Origin: Thermodesulfobacteriota bacterium
Lineage (GTDB): Bacteria > Desulfobacterota > WTBG01 > JAGOGO01
Assembly: GCA_026625185.1 (NCBI GenBank)
Contig: CP113000.1
Coordinates: forward strand, 615,622-647,621
Direction of reading: 5' to 3'
Length of the DNA stretch: 32,000 bases
Position 1 is the stretch's first letter, and every line of letters starts with the position of its first letter. The notes beneath the pieces were generated by a model, which saw only the letters and a list, made by a program, of their open reading frames with translations, ran no database searches and was not told the origin of the DNA. The position numbers were made by a program, and so were the translations under genes. This document shows, piece after piece, positions 8,177-16,046 of the stretch.

Positions 8177-10186
8177 TCAAGGTAGGGAGGGATATGTAAT
8201 GCTACCGTAAGAATTCTCTTTGGGAATATGGTGGAGACGATTTTTATAAAGATACCACGGCAGCAGCGAGTGCGCGAGCGCGTCTCGATAAAGATCGGGG
8301 TTGAATTTTGATTTTGTCCCTTCCACTTTACCATTTTTATGGGTGTATTCTATCGGCGGCAAACCAGGTCGCTGGACAATCAGCTGTTTTTCTACCATAA
8401 AAGCATTGGTCGAACTATACTGCATGACTGCCCTGCCGGGTACATTTCCAGGAAGGGTGAGAAGTGGCCGCCCGATAAGAGGATGTTTGGTGCTCAGGCC
8501 CATAAGATCAAGGAGCGTGGGGGGCATATCAATCTGGCTTGCTAACTTGTAATATTTTTCCGACCTAATGCCCGGCCCGATAATGAGGCCGGGGATATGG
8601 AACTTTTTAATGGGGATCAACTCCATGCCCTTAAGCCTCGTGGAGTGGTCAGCGATGACAAGAAACAAGGTATTTTTATAGTAGGCTTCTTTTTTCGCGA
8701 ATTTGAAAAAGTTGCCGAGCGCGTAGTCAGCGTACTTCACGGCGTTATAACGAGTATTTTTGGGAGACTCATAAAGTGCGATTCGGCCATCAGGGAATTC
8801 AAATGGGATATGATTGGAAGTGGTTAGGATAAGTCCAAAAAAAGGCCTATCGCCGTGAGCCCGAAAAATAGTATTGGCTTTCGAAAATAAATCCTCGTCA
8901 GATACTCCCAACGTGCCTTTAAAAACAGGGTTATCATAATTGTCTTGTTCATAGACCTTTTGAAAACCATTACCAAGGAAAAACCCGCGCATGTTGTCGA
9001 AGCGGCTTTCCCCACCATAGACAAACTCAGTGTGGTAACCATTGCGAAGGAGCAAGTCTGCTATAGTGAAGAAGTCTTTCTGCGCCAAACCGAGTCTTAC
9101 CACGCTTTCTCCCAAGGTTGGCAGGAAGCCAGAAATAATCGCTTCAATGGCCCGAATGGTCCGGGTCCCGGTGCTGTAAAGGTTCATAAAAAGAACCCCT
9201 TCTTTGCTCAGCTCATCAAGGTTTGGCGTAAGCGGTATCCCGCCGAGACAACCCACATACTCGGCCCCAAGGCTCTCTTCAATGATGATGACCAAGTTAA
9301 GCGGACGTAGCCTCGGGTAGCTGGATTGCTGGTGGTGCAGAAGCGGTATCGAGGGATCAGTAAAGTCTTTCTCGGCGATACCGCTGCTTTTTCGTACCCG
9401 GGAGAGCATCTCGCGGGGATCCATTCTTCCATAAAATTTTCCAGGATCTTTTTCCATTTTGTAGCGACTAAAAAAAGCATAAACCAAAGTGAACGTGGAA
9501 TTGAGGGCAAGCTGGTTGGCAAGGTGACTCGATGAAAAAGCCCCGTCACTAGGGCTGGCCGCCAGATTTCCAGAACTTAAGGGGATGACAATGGTGAGCA
9601 AAGGTATAATGAGCAACAAACTGAGCGCCCTTTGCAGAACAGAATAATTCCCATAGCTCTCGAACAGTTTTTGAAAAAACCGAAAAATAAGCCACCCGAT
9701 TATCAAGGTGAACGCGATGCCCCCGATCACTATGAGTGTGTAGCCCCGAAGCACCATAGTAAACACTTCGCTCCCCTGGACGATATATTCCAAGATGAGA
9801 CCGTCAAGACGGGTAAAAAACTCAGCCATAAAAGGGAAAGTGGCGATTTCCAGAAACACAAAGAGAGTAAAAAAAAGGGCAAAATAAGAAGAGAATATCC
9901 AGCGAAGGCTTCTCGTAATCTTGCCGGGAAGAAGGATCAGCAAGAAGGCTGGCAGGACTATGCTGAAACAAAGAACAATGGTATCCATCCACATGCCGAT
10001 AGGGAACAAAAGAGCGTAGTTTGGGATATCCCCGATCTGTGGAAAGAAGGTAAAGCAAAGCACTGCCCTAAAAACCGAAAAAGTGCACAGGCAGAGGAAA
10101 TAAAAAATGATAACCGGACTAAAAAGGCCGACGAAACAGACCGCCTTTGACCAAGGGTTGCGGTAATTTGATTGCTTTTGAGACAT
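8177..10186 (-). CDS. LtaS / phosphoglycerol-transferase-type membrane enzyme (N-terminal polytopic domain + extracytoplasmic sulfatase-fold domain)
   Basis: About 230 aa of TM helices are followed by a sulfatase-fold domain: NLVIIIEESLGAEYVG (metal-binding E), YSTGTRTIRAIEA (candidate Thr nucleophile), LVIADHS and TTSNHIPF. The RBS is weak. Confidence 0.8.
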   Translation of the reverse strand: MSQKQSNYRNPWSKAVCFVGLFSPVIIFYFLCLCTFSVFRAVLCFTFFPQIGDIPNYALLFPIGMWMDTIVLCFSIVLPAFLLILLPGKITRSLRWIFSSYFALFFTLFVFLEIATFPFMAEFFTRLDGLILEYIVQGSEVFTMVLRGYTLIVIGGIAFTLIIGWLIFRFFQKLFESYGNYSVLQRALSLLLIIPLLTIVIPLSSGNLAASPSDGAFSSSHLANQLALNSTFTLVYAFFSRYKMEKDPGKFYGRMDPREMLSRVRKSSGIAEKDFTDPSIPLLHHQQSSYPRLRPLNLVIIIEESLGAEYVGCLGGIPLTPNLDELSKEGVLFMNLYSTGTRTIRAIEAIISGFLPTLGESVVRLGLAQKDFFTIADLLLRNGYHTEFVYGGESRFDNMRGFFLGNGFQKVYEQDNYDNPVFKGTLGVSDEDLFSKANTIFRAHGDRPFFGLILTTSNHIPFEFPDGRIALYESPKNTRYNAVKYADYALGNFFKFAKKEAYYKNTLFLVIADHSTRLKGMELIPIKKFHIPGLIIGPGIRSEKYYKLASQIDMPPTLLDLMGLSTKHPLIGRPLLTLPGNVPGRAVMQYSSTNAFMVEKQLIVQRPGLPPIEYTHKNGKVEGTKSKFNPDLYRDALAHSLLPWYLYKNRLHHIPKENSYGSITYPSLP

Positions 10187-10470
10187 TATCGGTATATATA
10201 GTTATTCGATTTTTTTTGTTAAAAATAAGATTTTTGCAGCGAAGACATTCAGCATCACAAATCCTTCGTGCTTTGGATGCAGACATTCTTAATTGGTGCG
10301 CTCGTACTACCGCCATGCCTTTTGTAAGCAGATGTTTACAAAAATCTTTTATAAAAGTCAATAAAAAAGCAAAGTGTCCCTGAGGAGGGGGGAGGAGAAA
10401 AAAGAAGAGGAAAAAATAAAAAACCCCTGCATTTCTGGGGGGGGTCAAGGGAAAATGTGAAAAGAAGGGA

Positions 10471-10956
10471 ATGAATAATAGCAATAAGTCACCAATTTAT
10501 AAAGTTTATCTACCCCATAAAGCAGATGTGCGGGCCAAAGAACAAAAACATCAATCCGGTAAAAGAAAACGGCTTAAAGACACCATGATTGAAAAATACG
10601 TAATACAAAAACTAAAACTCGGTTGGTCTCCTGAGCAAATAGCCGGTAGACTCCCTCTCGACTGCCCCTCTATTACCTATGACAACGGCTCAGAGAATAT
10701 TGAACATCAAAAAATCAACGAAGCGCTCGGTACACAGTCATACTTCTGTAATCCCTACCACAGCTGGAAAAAAGGCTCGGTCGAATATCCCATCGGCCTT
10801 ATCCGGCGCTTTTTGCCAAAAAAAACCGACTTTGCTATAATTAAGCCCTCTCAACTAAAAACAATCGAAAACCTTTTAAATAACAGACCAAGAAAATGTT
10901 TAAACTTTAAAACCCCACCAGAGGTCTTTTCCTCTTGCGTTGCACTTGCTGGTTGA
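10471..10956 (+). mobile_element. IS30-family transposase remnant (5'-truncated and internally deleted pseudogene)
   Basis: It reads LGWSPEQIAGRL, then jumps straight to TYDNGSENIEH...YFCNPYHSWKKGSVEYPIGLIRRFLPKKTDF...LNNRPRKCLNFKTPPEVF. Intact IS30 transposases have an N-terminal HTH and roughly 100+ aa (including the first catalytic D) between WSPEQI and DNGSE. The WEKG / ENTNG blocks are degraded to WKKG / EYPIG. Confidence 0.8.
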
Positions 10957-11077
10957 ATGTAGCAAAATATTTTCTTTACAAGCACATAATTTTTTATAAA
11001 ATCACCGGAAGATTACTGGGTAAAATTTTGCGGATTAAATTCATACCAGGCCGAAAGACAAGGAGAGTCGCAATATA

Positions 11078-12445
11078 ATGATCCGTCTGTTACAATTCCA
11101 CGAGAATTCCAAGGTCATTTCAGGCTGGCTGGCTTTGGCAGGCCCGGCGCTCAAGTGGTTGACACCCGCGAGACGGCGAACCATCCTGATTGCGGGAGCG
11201 CTCTGGATCGCCTTGAAACGTCCTCTGAAACAAATGACGAAAGCCCATGTCTGGTCAGAGGTCCCCCCCGATCTAATCACCGCAATCGTTGTGACCATCA
11301 TCATTTTTGCCTTCCTGTGGTTTTGCTACTGGTTGGCGTTAAAATTCACATCCATGCCATCATTTATCCGCCGCAATCCCCAGTTGTGTCTTCACGCGTT
11401 TTTTTGGATCATTCTGGTCGTTCTCTGGAACACTTCGCCTGAAGGTGGAATTTGGCGCGTTGTCCTGGTGGTCCTCGCCATCAATCTCCCTTTTCTCCTC
11501 TGGCGTCTGGGGTACATGCTGATCTCAGCCAAACATAACAAAGTGGCAGGCACACGGTTCTGGGAACATCTGATGTATCTCGCCCCTGTTTATGGCGGAA
11601 CAAATACCCCCTACGGAAAGGGTCTGGATTTCCTTTCACGCCATGAAGCCAAGGACGAGGAAGCACTTGCCCGCTCCCAGCTCGCGGGAATCAAACTGCT
11701 CATCCTGGCTGTCCTCTGGCAAGGGGTCAGATTAATTATGGATGGACTGGTGTTCGGTATAAACAATCCGGCAAATCAGGTCTTGGGGGGATTTACGCTT
11801 GCAGTGCCTCGCCTTGGCCAATTACTCAAACAACCCGAGATAGCTTCAATCGGAACGGCGTGGGTGAGCCTTTACTGTGAACTTATATATAACGTGCTCA
11901 ATCTTGCAGTGAGAGGTCATCAGATCATAGGAATTCTAAGACTTTCCGGTTTCTATGTATTCCGGAATACTTATAAGCCCTTGCTGGCAGAAACAATAGT
12001 CGAATTCTGGAACCGCTATTACTACTACTTCAAGGAAATTATGGCAGACTTTTTTTTCTTCCCGACCTTTGTAAGTTGGTTTCGCAAACACTTCGTGCTC
12101 CGGCTCTTTTCCGCGGTTTTCATGGCGGCTTTCTTCGGTAACATGTACTATCACCTGATCAGGCTGAAGTACCAACTCATCCAGGCTGATTTTAACGCCA
12201 TTTGGCTTACCCTGCACGCACGATTGTTTTACTGTTTTCTGCTGAGTTTAGGTATCTTTATTTCGATGCTACGTGAGCACCGGCGGGGGAGAAAGCCACG
12301 GCCGCGACGTGGCTTGATGCAACGAGGTCTGTCTATTTTTGGCGTGTGGACCTTCTTCGCAATAATCAATATTTGGAACCAAAAAGGAGGCATTCCGTTC
12401 GTTCAGGTGACGAAATTTTTTCTTCGACTCATAGGTATTATTTAA
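11078..12445 (+). CDS. polytopic membrane protein, MBOAT-like (DltB/AlgI-type membrane-bound O-acyltransferase candidate)
   Basis: Hydrophobic throughout. EFWNRYYYYFKEIMADFFFFP (from 12002) aligns by eye with the MBOAT block FWRRWHISLSxWxRDYxYIP. FFGNMYYHLI (His codon 12152-12154) aligns with the LWHG catalytic-His block. RBS aaggagag lies upstream. Confidence 0.55.
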   Translation: MIRLLQFHENSKVISGWLALAGPALKWLTPARRRTILIAGALWIALKRPLKQMTKAHVWSEVPPDLITAIVVTIIIFAFLWFCYWLALKFTSMPSFIRRNPQLCLHAFFWIILVVLWNTSPEGGIWRVVLVVLAINLPFLLWRLGYMLISAKHNKVAGTRFWEHLMYLAPVYGGTNTPYGKGLDFLSRHEAKDEEALARSQLAGIKLLILAVLWQGVRLIMDGLVFGINNPANQVLGGFTLAVPRLGQLLKQPEIASIGTAWVSLYCELIYNVLNLAVRGHQIIGILRLSGFYVFRNTYKPLLAETIVEFWNRYYYYFKEIMADFFFFPTFVSWFRKHFVLRLFSAVFMAAFFGNMYYHLIRLKYQLIQADFNAIWLTLHARLFYCFLLSLGIFISMLREHRRGRKPRPRRGLMQRGLSIFGVWTFFAIINIWNQKGGIPFVQVTKFFLRLIGII

Positions 12446-12467
12446 AACTCTTGTGGAGGCAATATCC

Positions 12468-13988
12468 ATGTTGCTTAAATTAAACGTTGGAAATCTTTTT
12501 GAACCGATCAGCGGACGGCGTTGGGATCAAGCGGAAATCAGCTCCCAGGTAACTCGGCGTATCGCCCGATTCAAAAAAAACGGTCTCGCTCGGGGTGATC
12601 GTGTCTTTCTTCCTTTCGGCAACCGTCTGGAGTTCTTCGCCGAGCTTCTTGCCATCTGGCGGTTGGGCGGCTGTGCGATTCCAATCGACAGCCGGCTTAC
12701 CGCATTTGAAGTTGAAAACCTGGCTCGCGTCGCCACCCCCCGACTCGCTGTCGTGGATGAGGAAACTTCAGCAAATATTATCCGGGTCCTTACAGCCTCC
12801 GGAGCCAGGATCATCCAAACCACCGAAACTGGCACAGATGAATCCGTTGACAGCTTGTTCTGTCTTGAAAGCGACGCACTCATGCTTTTTACTTCCGGTT
12901 CCACAGGCAATCCCAAAGGTGTGCTCCATACCCATCGTTCACTCCGCGCTCGCTGGATGTCGTTGCGCGATCACCTTGGAGTGGTTGCTTTTAAGAAGAC
13001 CCTGTGCATGTTACCGACCCACTTTGGCCATGGCTTGATATGCAACAGTCTTTTCCCATGGCTTGCGGGCCAGGATCTTTACATCACACAACCATTCAAG
13101 CCTGAGATTGTCATGCGCTTAGGAACACTGATTGACGAAAACGGAATCACGTTTGTGTCGTCGGTACCTGCCATTTGGCGACTCGCCCTGAAACTATCCC
13201 GTCCTCCTCAACGAGGTACGCTCCAACGGGTGCATTGCGGCTCAGCACCTCTGTCCGCCCACATGTGGGAGGAAATTCGCCGATGGACGGGTACGAGAAA
13301 CATTTGCAACGCCTATGGAATCACGGAGACCGGAAGTTGGGTTGCCGGGCTCGTAGACGCGGATGTTCCCGCCCAAGATGGCCTGATTGGGCAAGGCTGG
13401 GGAGCCATTATCCAAATAGTGCACACCAATGACACCGCACAACTTTTTAATCCGGAGCTCAGCTGTCCAGCTGGTGAATCTGGTTTTGTATGGTTAAATA
13501 CGCCAGCCCTTATGAAGGGCTATTTCCAGCGTGATGATCTTACACAACAGGCTGTTGTTGCCGGCTGGTTTTTGACTGGTGACATTGGTTTTATTGATGA
13601 TCACGGCCGGCTTGTACTGTTGGGGAGGGAGCGCGATGAAATCAATAAGGGCGGGATGAAAGTCTTTCCATCCGACATTGATGCCGTGGTGGAGCGTTTC
13701 GAACACGCTACCGATGTCTGTACCTTTGCGCTCGACGACCCCCTGTACGGGCAGAACGTAGGTATGGCGGTTGTCCTTGCAAATCAGAGCGATGAAGTTA
13801 TTCGCGCCCTGCATCAGTGGATGAAAGTCCACCTAGCCGAACCGAAGATGCCGGTGCGCTGGTGGGTGATCGATTCGATTCCCCGGACTTCGCGCGGCAA
13901 GCTTAACCGAGACGCGGTTAAGGCCGCTTATCAGAACCAACCACCACTTGACCTGCCGGGTATTTTGGGAAAGGGGGTCATCTCATGA
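12468..13988 (+). CDS. ANL-superfamily adenylating enzyme (acyl/aminoacyl-AMP ligase, DltA-position)
   Basis: FTSGSTGNPKG (A3), YGITET (A5), TGDIG (A7), GRERDEINKGGMKVFP (A8) and PRTSRGK (A10). The track start is GTG 12453, but ATG 12468 sits 8 nt after GGAGG and is the more likely start. Confidence 0.85.
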   Translation: MLLKLNVGNLFEPISGRRWDQAEISSQVTRRIARFKKNGLARGDRVFLPFGNRLEFFAELLAIWRLGGCAIPIDSRLTAFEVENLARVATPRLAVVDEETSANIIRVLTASGARIIQTTETGTDESVDSLFCLESDALMLFTSGSTGNPKGVLHTHRSLRARWMSLRDHLGVVAFKKTLCMLPTHFGHGLICNSLFPWLAGQDLYITQPFKPEIVMRLGTLIDENGITFVSSVPAIWRLALKLSRPPQRGTLQRVHCGSAPLSAHMWEEIRRWTGTRNICNAYGITETGSWVAGLVDADVPAQDGLIGQGWGAIIQIVHTNDTAQLFNPELSCPAGESGFVWLNTPALMKGYFQRDDLTQQAVVAGWFLTGDIGFIDDHGRLVLLGRERDEINKGGMKVFPSDIDAVVERFEHATDVCTFALDDPLYGQNVGMAVVLANQSDEVIRALHQWMKVHLAEPKMPVRWWVIDSIPRTSRGKLNRDAVKAAYQNQPPLDLPGILGKGVIS

Positions 13989-14254
13989 GCGAAAAGCGGG
14001 AACAACGGCGACAGGGACTGGTCCGTTTTCTGCGAGACATTCAGAAAGCAGGTCTTCCAGTGGACCGTTTAGGTGACACCGATGAATTGATTGCCTCGGG
14101 TTTAATTGATTCTTTGGCAATTCTGGAGATTGTGCTCTATCTCGAACAAACCTATGGTATTGATTTCTCGGTCCTTGGTATCGATCGGGATGAGTTCAGC
14201 ACTATTGGAAACATCCTCGACCTAATCGAACGGCAGAAACCCGAAGTGAATTAG
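13985..14254 (+). CDS. acyl/peptidyl carrier protein (89 aa)
   Basis: GLIDSLAILEIV phosphopantetheine-attachment motif (Ser codon 14111-14113). The ATG overlaps the ligase stop (ATGA at 13985-13988), implying translational coupling. Confidence 0.8.
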   Translation: MSEKREQRRQGLVRFLRDIQKAGLPVDRLGDTDELIASGLIDSLAILEIVLYLEQTYGIDFSVLGIDRDEFSTIGNILDLIERQKPEVN

Positions 14255-14302
14255 TCACTGCTGTTTTGTCACCCAAATCTATCATTTAACAATGAGGTGC
14301 AC

Positions 14303-15175
14303 ATGTCTTTGAGTCCATCAGGCACAACGATCCCATCGCCCGGCAACCGGTTGCGAGAAACCATGAAAAACCGGGATATCCTCCCGTTTATTGGGATCTA
14401 CGATGTCTTCTCGGCATCGCTTGCCGGCCGTCACTTTGACACTCTGTTCGTTAGTGGCTTCGGCTTTGCAGCCAGTTACTATGGTCTGCCTGATATAGGT
14501 TTCATTGCGTGGCCGGACATTGTCGCTTTGCTGCAACGCATCCGAACCGTGTTGCCTACGCATCATATCTTGGTTGACATCGACGACGGTTATTGTGATA
14601 CCGAAGTGGCCTGTCATGTGGTTTCCTTGCTTGAAGCATCGGGCGCATCGGGTGTTGTCCTCGAGGATCAGAAACGTCCACGCCGGTGCGGCCATTTTGA
14701 TGGAAAACACATCATGGAACTCGAGGAGTATCTCGAAAAGCTCCGAAGAGTACTTGCCACCAGGCGCGATCTGTTTGTCGTGGCGCGGACTGACAGCTCT
14801 GACCCAGCAGACATCGTGCTTCGCATGCAGGCATTTGCAGAAGCTGGCGCAGACGCTGTGCTAATCGACGGCCTGAAGTGCCTCGACACCATCCGCACAC
14901 TGAGGGGGCTTGTAAACCGACCATTCGGTTTCAATCAGATCGCCGGCGGAAAATCACCGTCTTACAGACTAAGTGAACTACGTGAGGCTGGTGTCTCTTT
15001 GGTGATTTATAGTACGCCGTGCCTTTTCTCGGCACAGTCGGCGATCGAGGATGCCATGAACGCGATAAAGGCAAACGATGGCTCCCTTGCCGGAAGTCGA
15101 GTTGGTGTTCAGGACTGCACAAAGATCCTTTCTGATAATCTCGCCCGGCGCTACACTGCTGACATAAAACAATAG
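14303..15175 (+). CDS. isocitrate lyase / PEP mutase superfamily enzyme, lyase-type (methylisocitrate-lyase-like)
   Basis: IGIYDVFSASLA...SGFG...GLPDIG, DIDDGYCD metal site, and gating loop LEDQKRPRRCGHFDGK (Cys codon 14687-14689). The EDQ...KRCGH pattern is the lyase form, not the EDK...NS form of true PEP mutase. ATG 14303 follows GAGG; the track begins at GTG 14297. Confidence 0.8.
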   Translation: MSLSPSGTTIPSPGNRLRETMKNRDILPFIGIYDVFSASLAGRHFDTLFVSGFGFAASYYGLPDIGFIAWPDIVALLQRIRTVLPTHHILVDIDDGYCDTEVACHVVSLLEASGASGVVLEDQKRPRRCGHFDGKHIMELEEYLEKLRRVLATRRDLFVVARTDSSDPADIVLRMQAFAEAGADAVLIDGLKCLDTIRTLRGLVNRPFGFNQIAGGKSPSYRLSELREAGVSLVIYSTPCLFSAQSAIEDAMNAIKANDGSLAGSRVGVQDCTKILSDNLARRYTADIKQ

Positions 15176-15463
15176 GGTAATAGCTGGGCATCCTTTACAC
15201 GGTCTAATTGAAAATAGTTGTTATGGTTAATTTCTAGGAAAAACTTGTTGAATTTACAAATAGATATATTCGGTTAAAAGGTTTTCAACAATGGTTAACG
15301 CTTTCCATAACTAAATGTTTTTTTTAACTAATTGTTCTAATTTGGACGGTCAATTTCCTTTGGTTTTATTGGGGGTTAATTCATAGGAAACCAACAATAG
15401 AACCCATACTGAAATTTCCCTTATATTCTAAAAGTTATTTGGGGCGCTGTTTAGTTTTACTGC

Positions 15464-15491
15464 AATAAAAAAGGGCCTCAAATTGAGGCCC
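15464..15491 (-). terminator. rho-independent terminator for minus-strand transcription
   Basis: GGGCCTC(A)...(T)GAGGCCC perfect GC-rich stem (15473-15491). On the minus strand it is followed by TTTTTTATT (complement of 15464-15472). There is no U-run on the plus-strand side. Confidence 0.6.
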
Positions 15492-15508
15492 TTGCCATAA
15501 ATTATCCT

Positions 15509-15563
15509 GCTACCATTTTGCTACCATAACAAGCCAAAACAAGATAAAACAAGGGACAATAAG
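15509..15563. repeat. phased short direct repeats: 2x GCTACCAT (11-bp spacing), then 4x AA(C/T)AAG at exact 10-bp spacing
   Basis: GCTACCAT at 15509 and 15520. AACAAG at 15528, 15538 and 15548, and AATAAG at 15558. AACAAGGGA (15548-15556) recurs inverted as TCCCTTGTT at 15608-15616. Confidence 0.75.
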
Positions 15564-15636
15564 AGAAGCTAACTTACCAATTTCTTGCTTATTCTTTCTT
15601 CCTGTTATCCCTTGTTCGGTGTATGCAAGCACCTGT

Positions 15637-15907
15637 TTATCTTGCAGTCCTTTGTCCCTCCAAGTGCTTGGTTCCTTGACTCGGGTCCATGGGGATGCTA
15701 TAAGCTTTTGCCAAACTGGTCTTGACGCCTAAATCTTCTTGGGTTTTGGGTGCGATCCCCGGTCTTGCGCGTTATCTCATCCGTGACCGGCCACAAGTCA
15801 TGATCTCTGACATGGATTACGCTCAAAATGGCCTTCGTGAAAGGAAAAACGCTTAAAAAAAGCGCCGATTGCTCAAATTTCTCATGGCAAGAATCGTCTC
15901 GACATAT
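15637..15907 (-). pseudogene. decayed C-terminal fragment of a tyrosine recombinase (integrase), split over two frames
   Basis: One minus frame reads ...FTKAILSVIHVRDHDLWPVTDEITRKTGD... (HDLW at 15802-15791, where integrases have HDLRHT-x-A-x2-L-x2-G). A second frame continues GIAPKTQEDLGVKTSLAKAYSIPMD, resembling the i-x2-vQ-x-lLGH-x5-T-x2-Y-x-H tail. No intact ORF remains. The similarity was judged by eye only. Confidence 0.35.
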
Positions 15908-16046
15908 CTATCCCGCAATCATAGCCTCAGCCTCCCACATTTTGGGGCCAGTTTCATATTGACATACAAAACTGCTTGTCCTACACTTTCTCCACGAAAA
16001 AACAATGCCTTATCAGATTATCAAATCTCTTTGACCTAAGTTGGCT

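Noticed and set aside
9632-10484. ORFs 9632-10150 (+) and 10119-10484 (-) around the start of the LtaS-like gene
   Set aside because: The first is antisense to the well-supported LtaS-like CDS. The second is a low-complexity F/L/P-rich translation of the complement of the homopurine tract.
10187-11040. Terminal inverted repeats that would delimit the IS30 remnant
   Set aside because: Only weak similarity was found (TTGTAAGCAGATG... versus the complement of ...CTTTACAAGC). It is not enough to define the ends, and the element is clearly truncated.
14297-15175. Reading the ICL/PEPM-family gene as a true PEP mutase, which would make this a phosphonate biosynthesis locus
   Set aside because: The gating loop is EDQ..RRCGH (lyase type), not the EDK..NS signature of PEP mutase. 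No phosphonopyruvate decarboxylase-like gene is present.
7861-16030. AAATCTCT 8-mer present at both 7861-7868 and 16023-16030, considered as possible att direct repeats of the putative island
   Set aside because: An 8-bp match between two ~100-bp windows is not statistically convincing, and the flanking bases differ.
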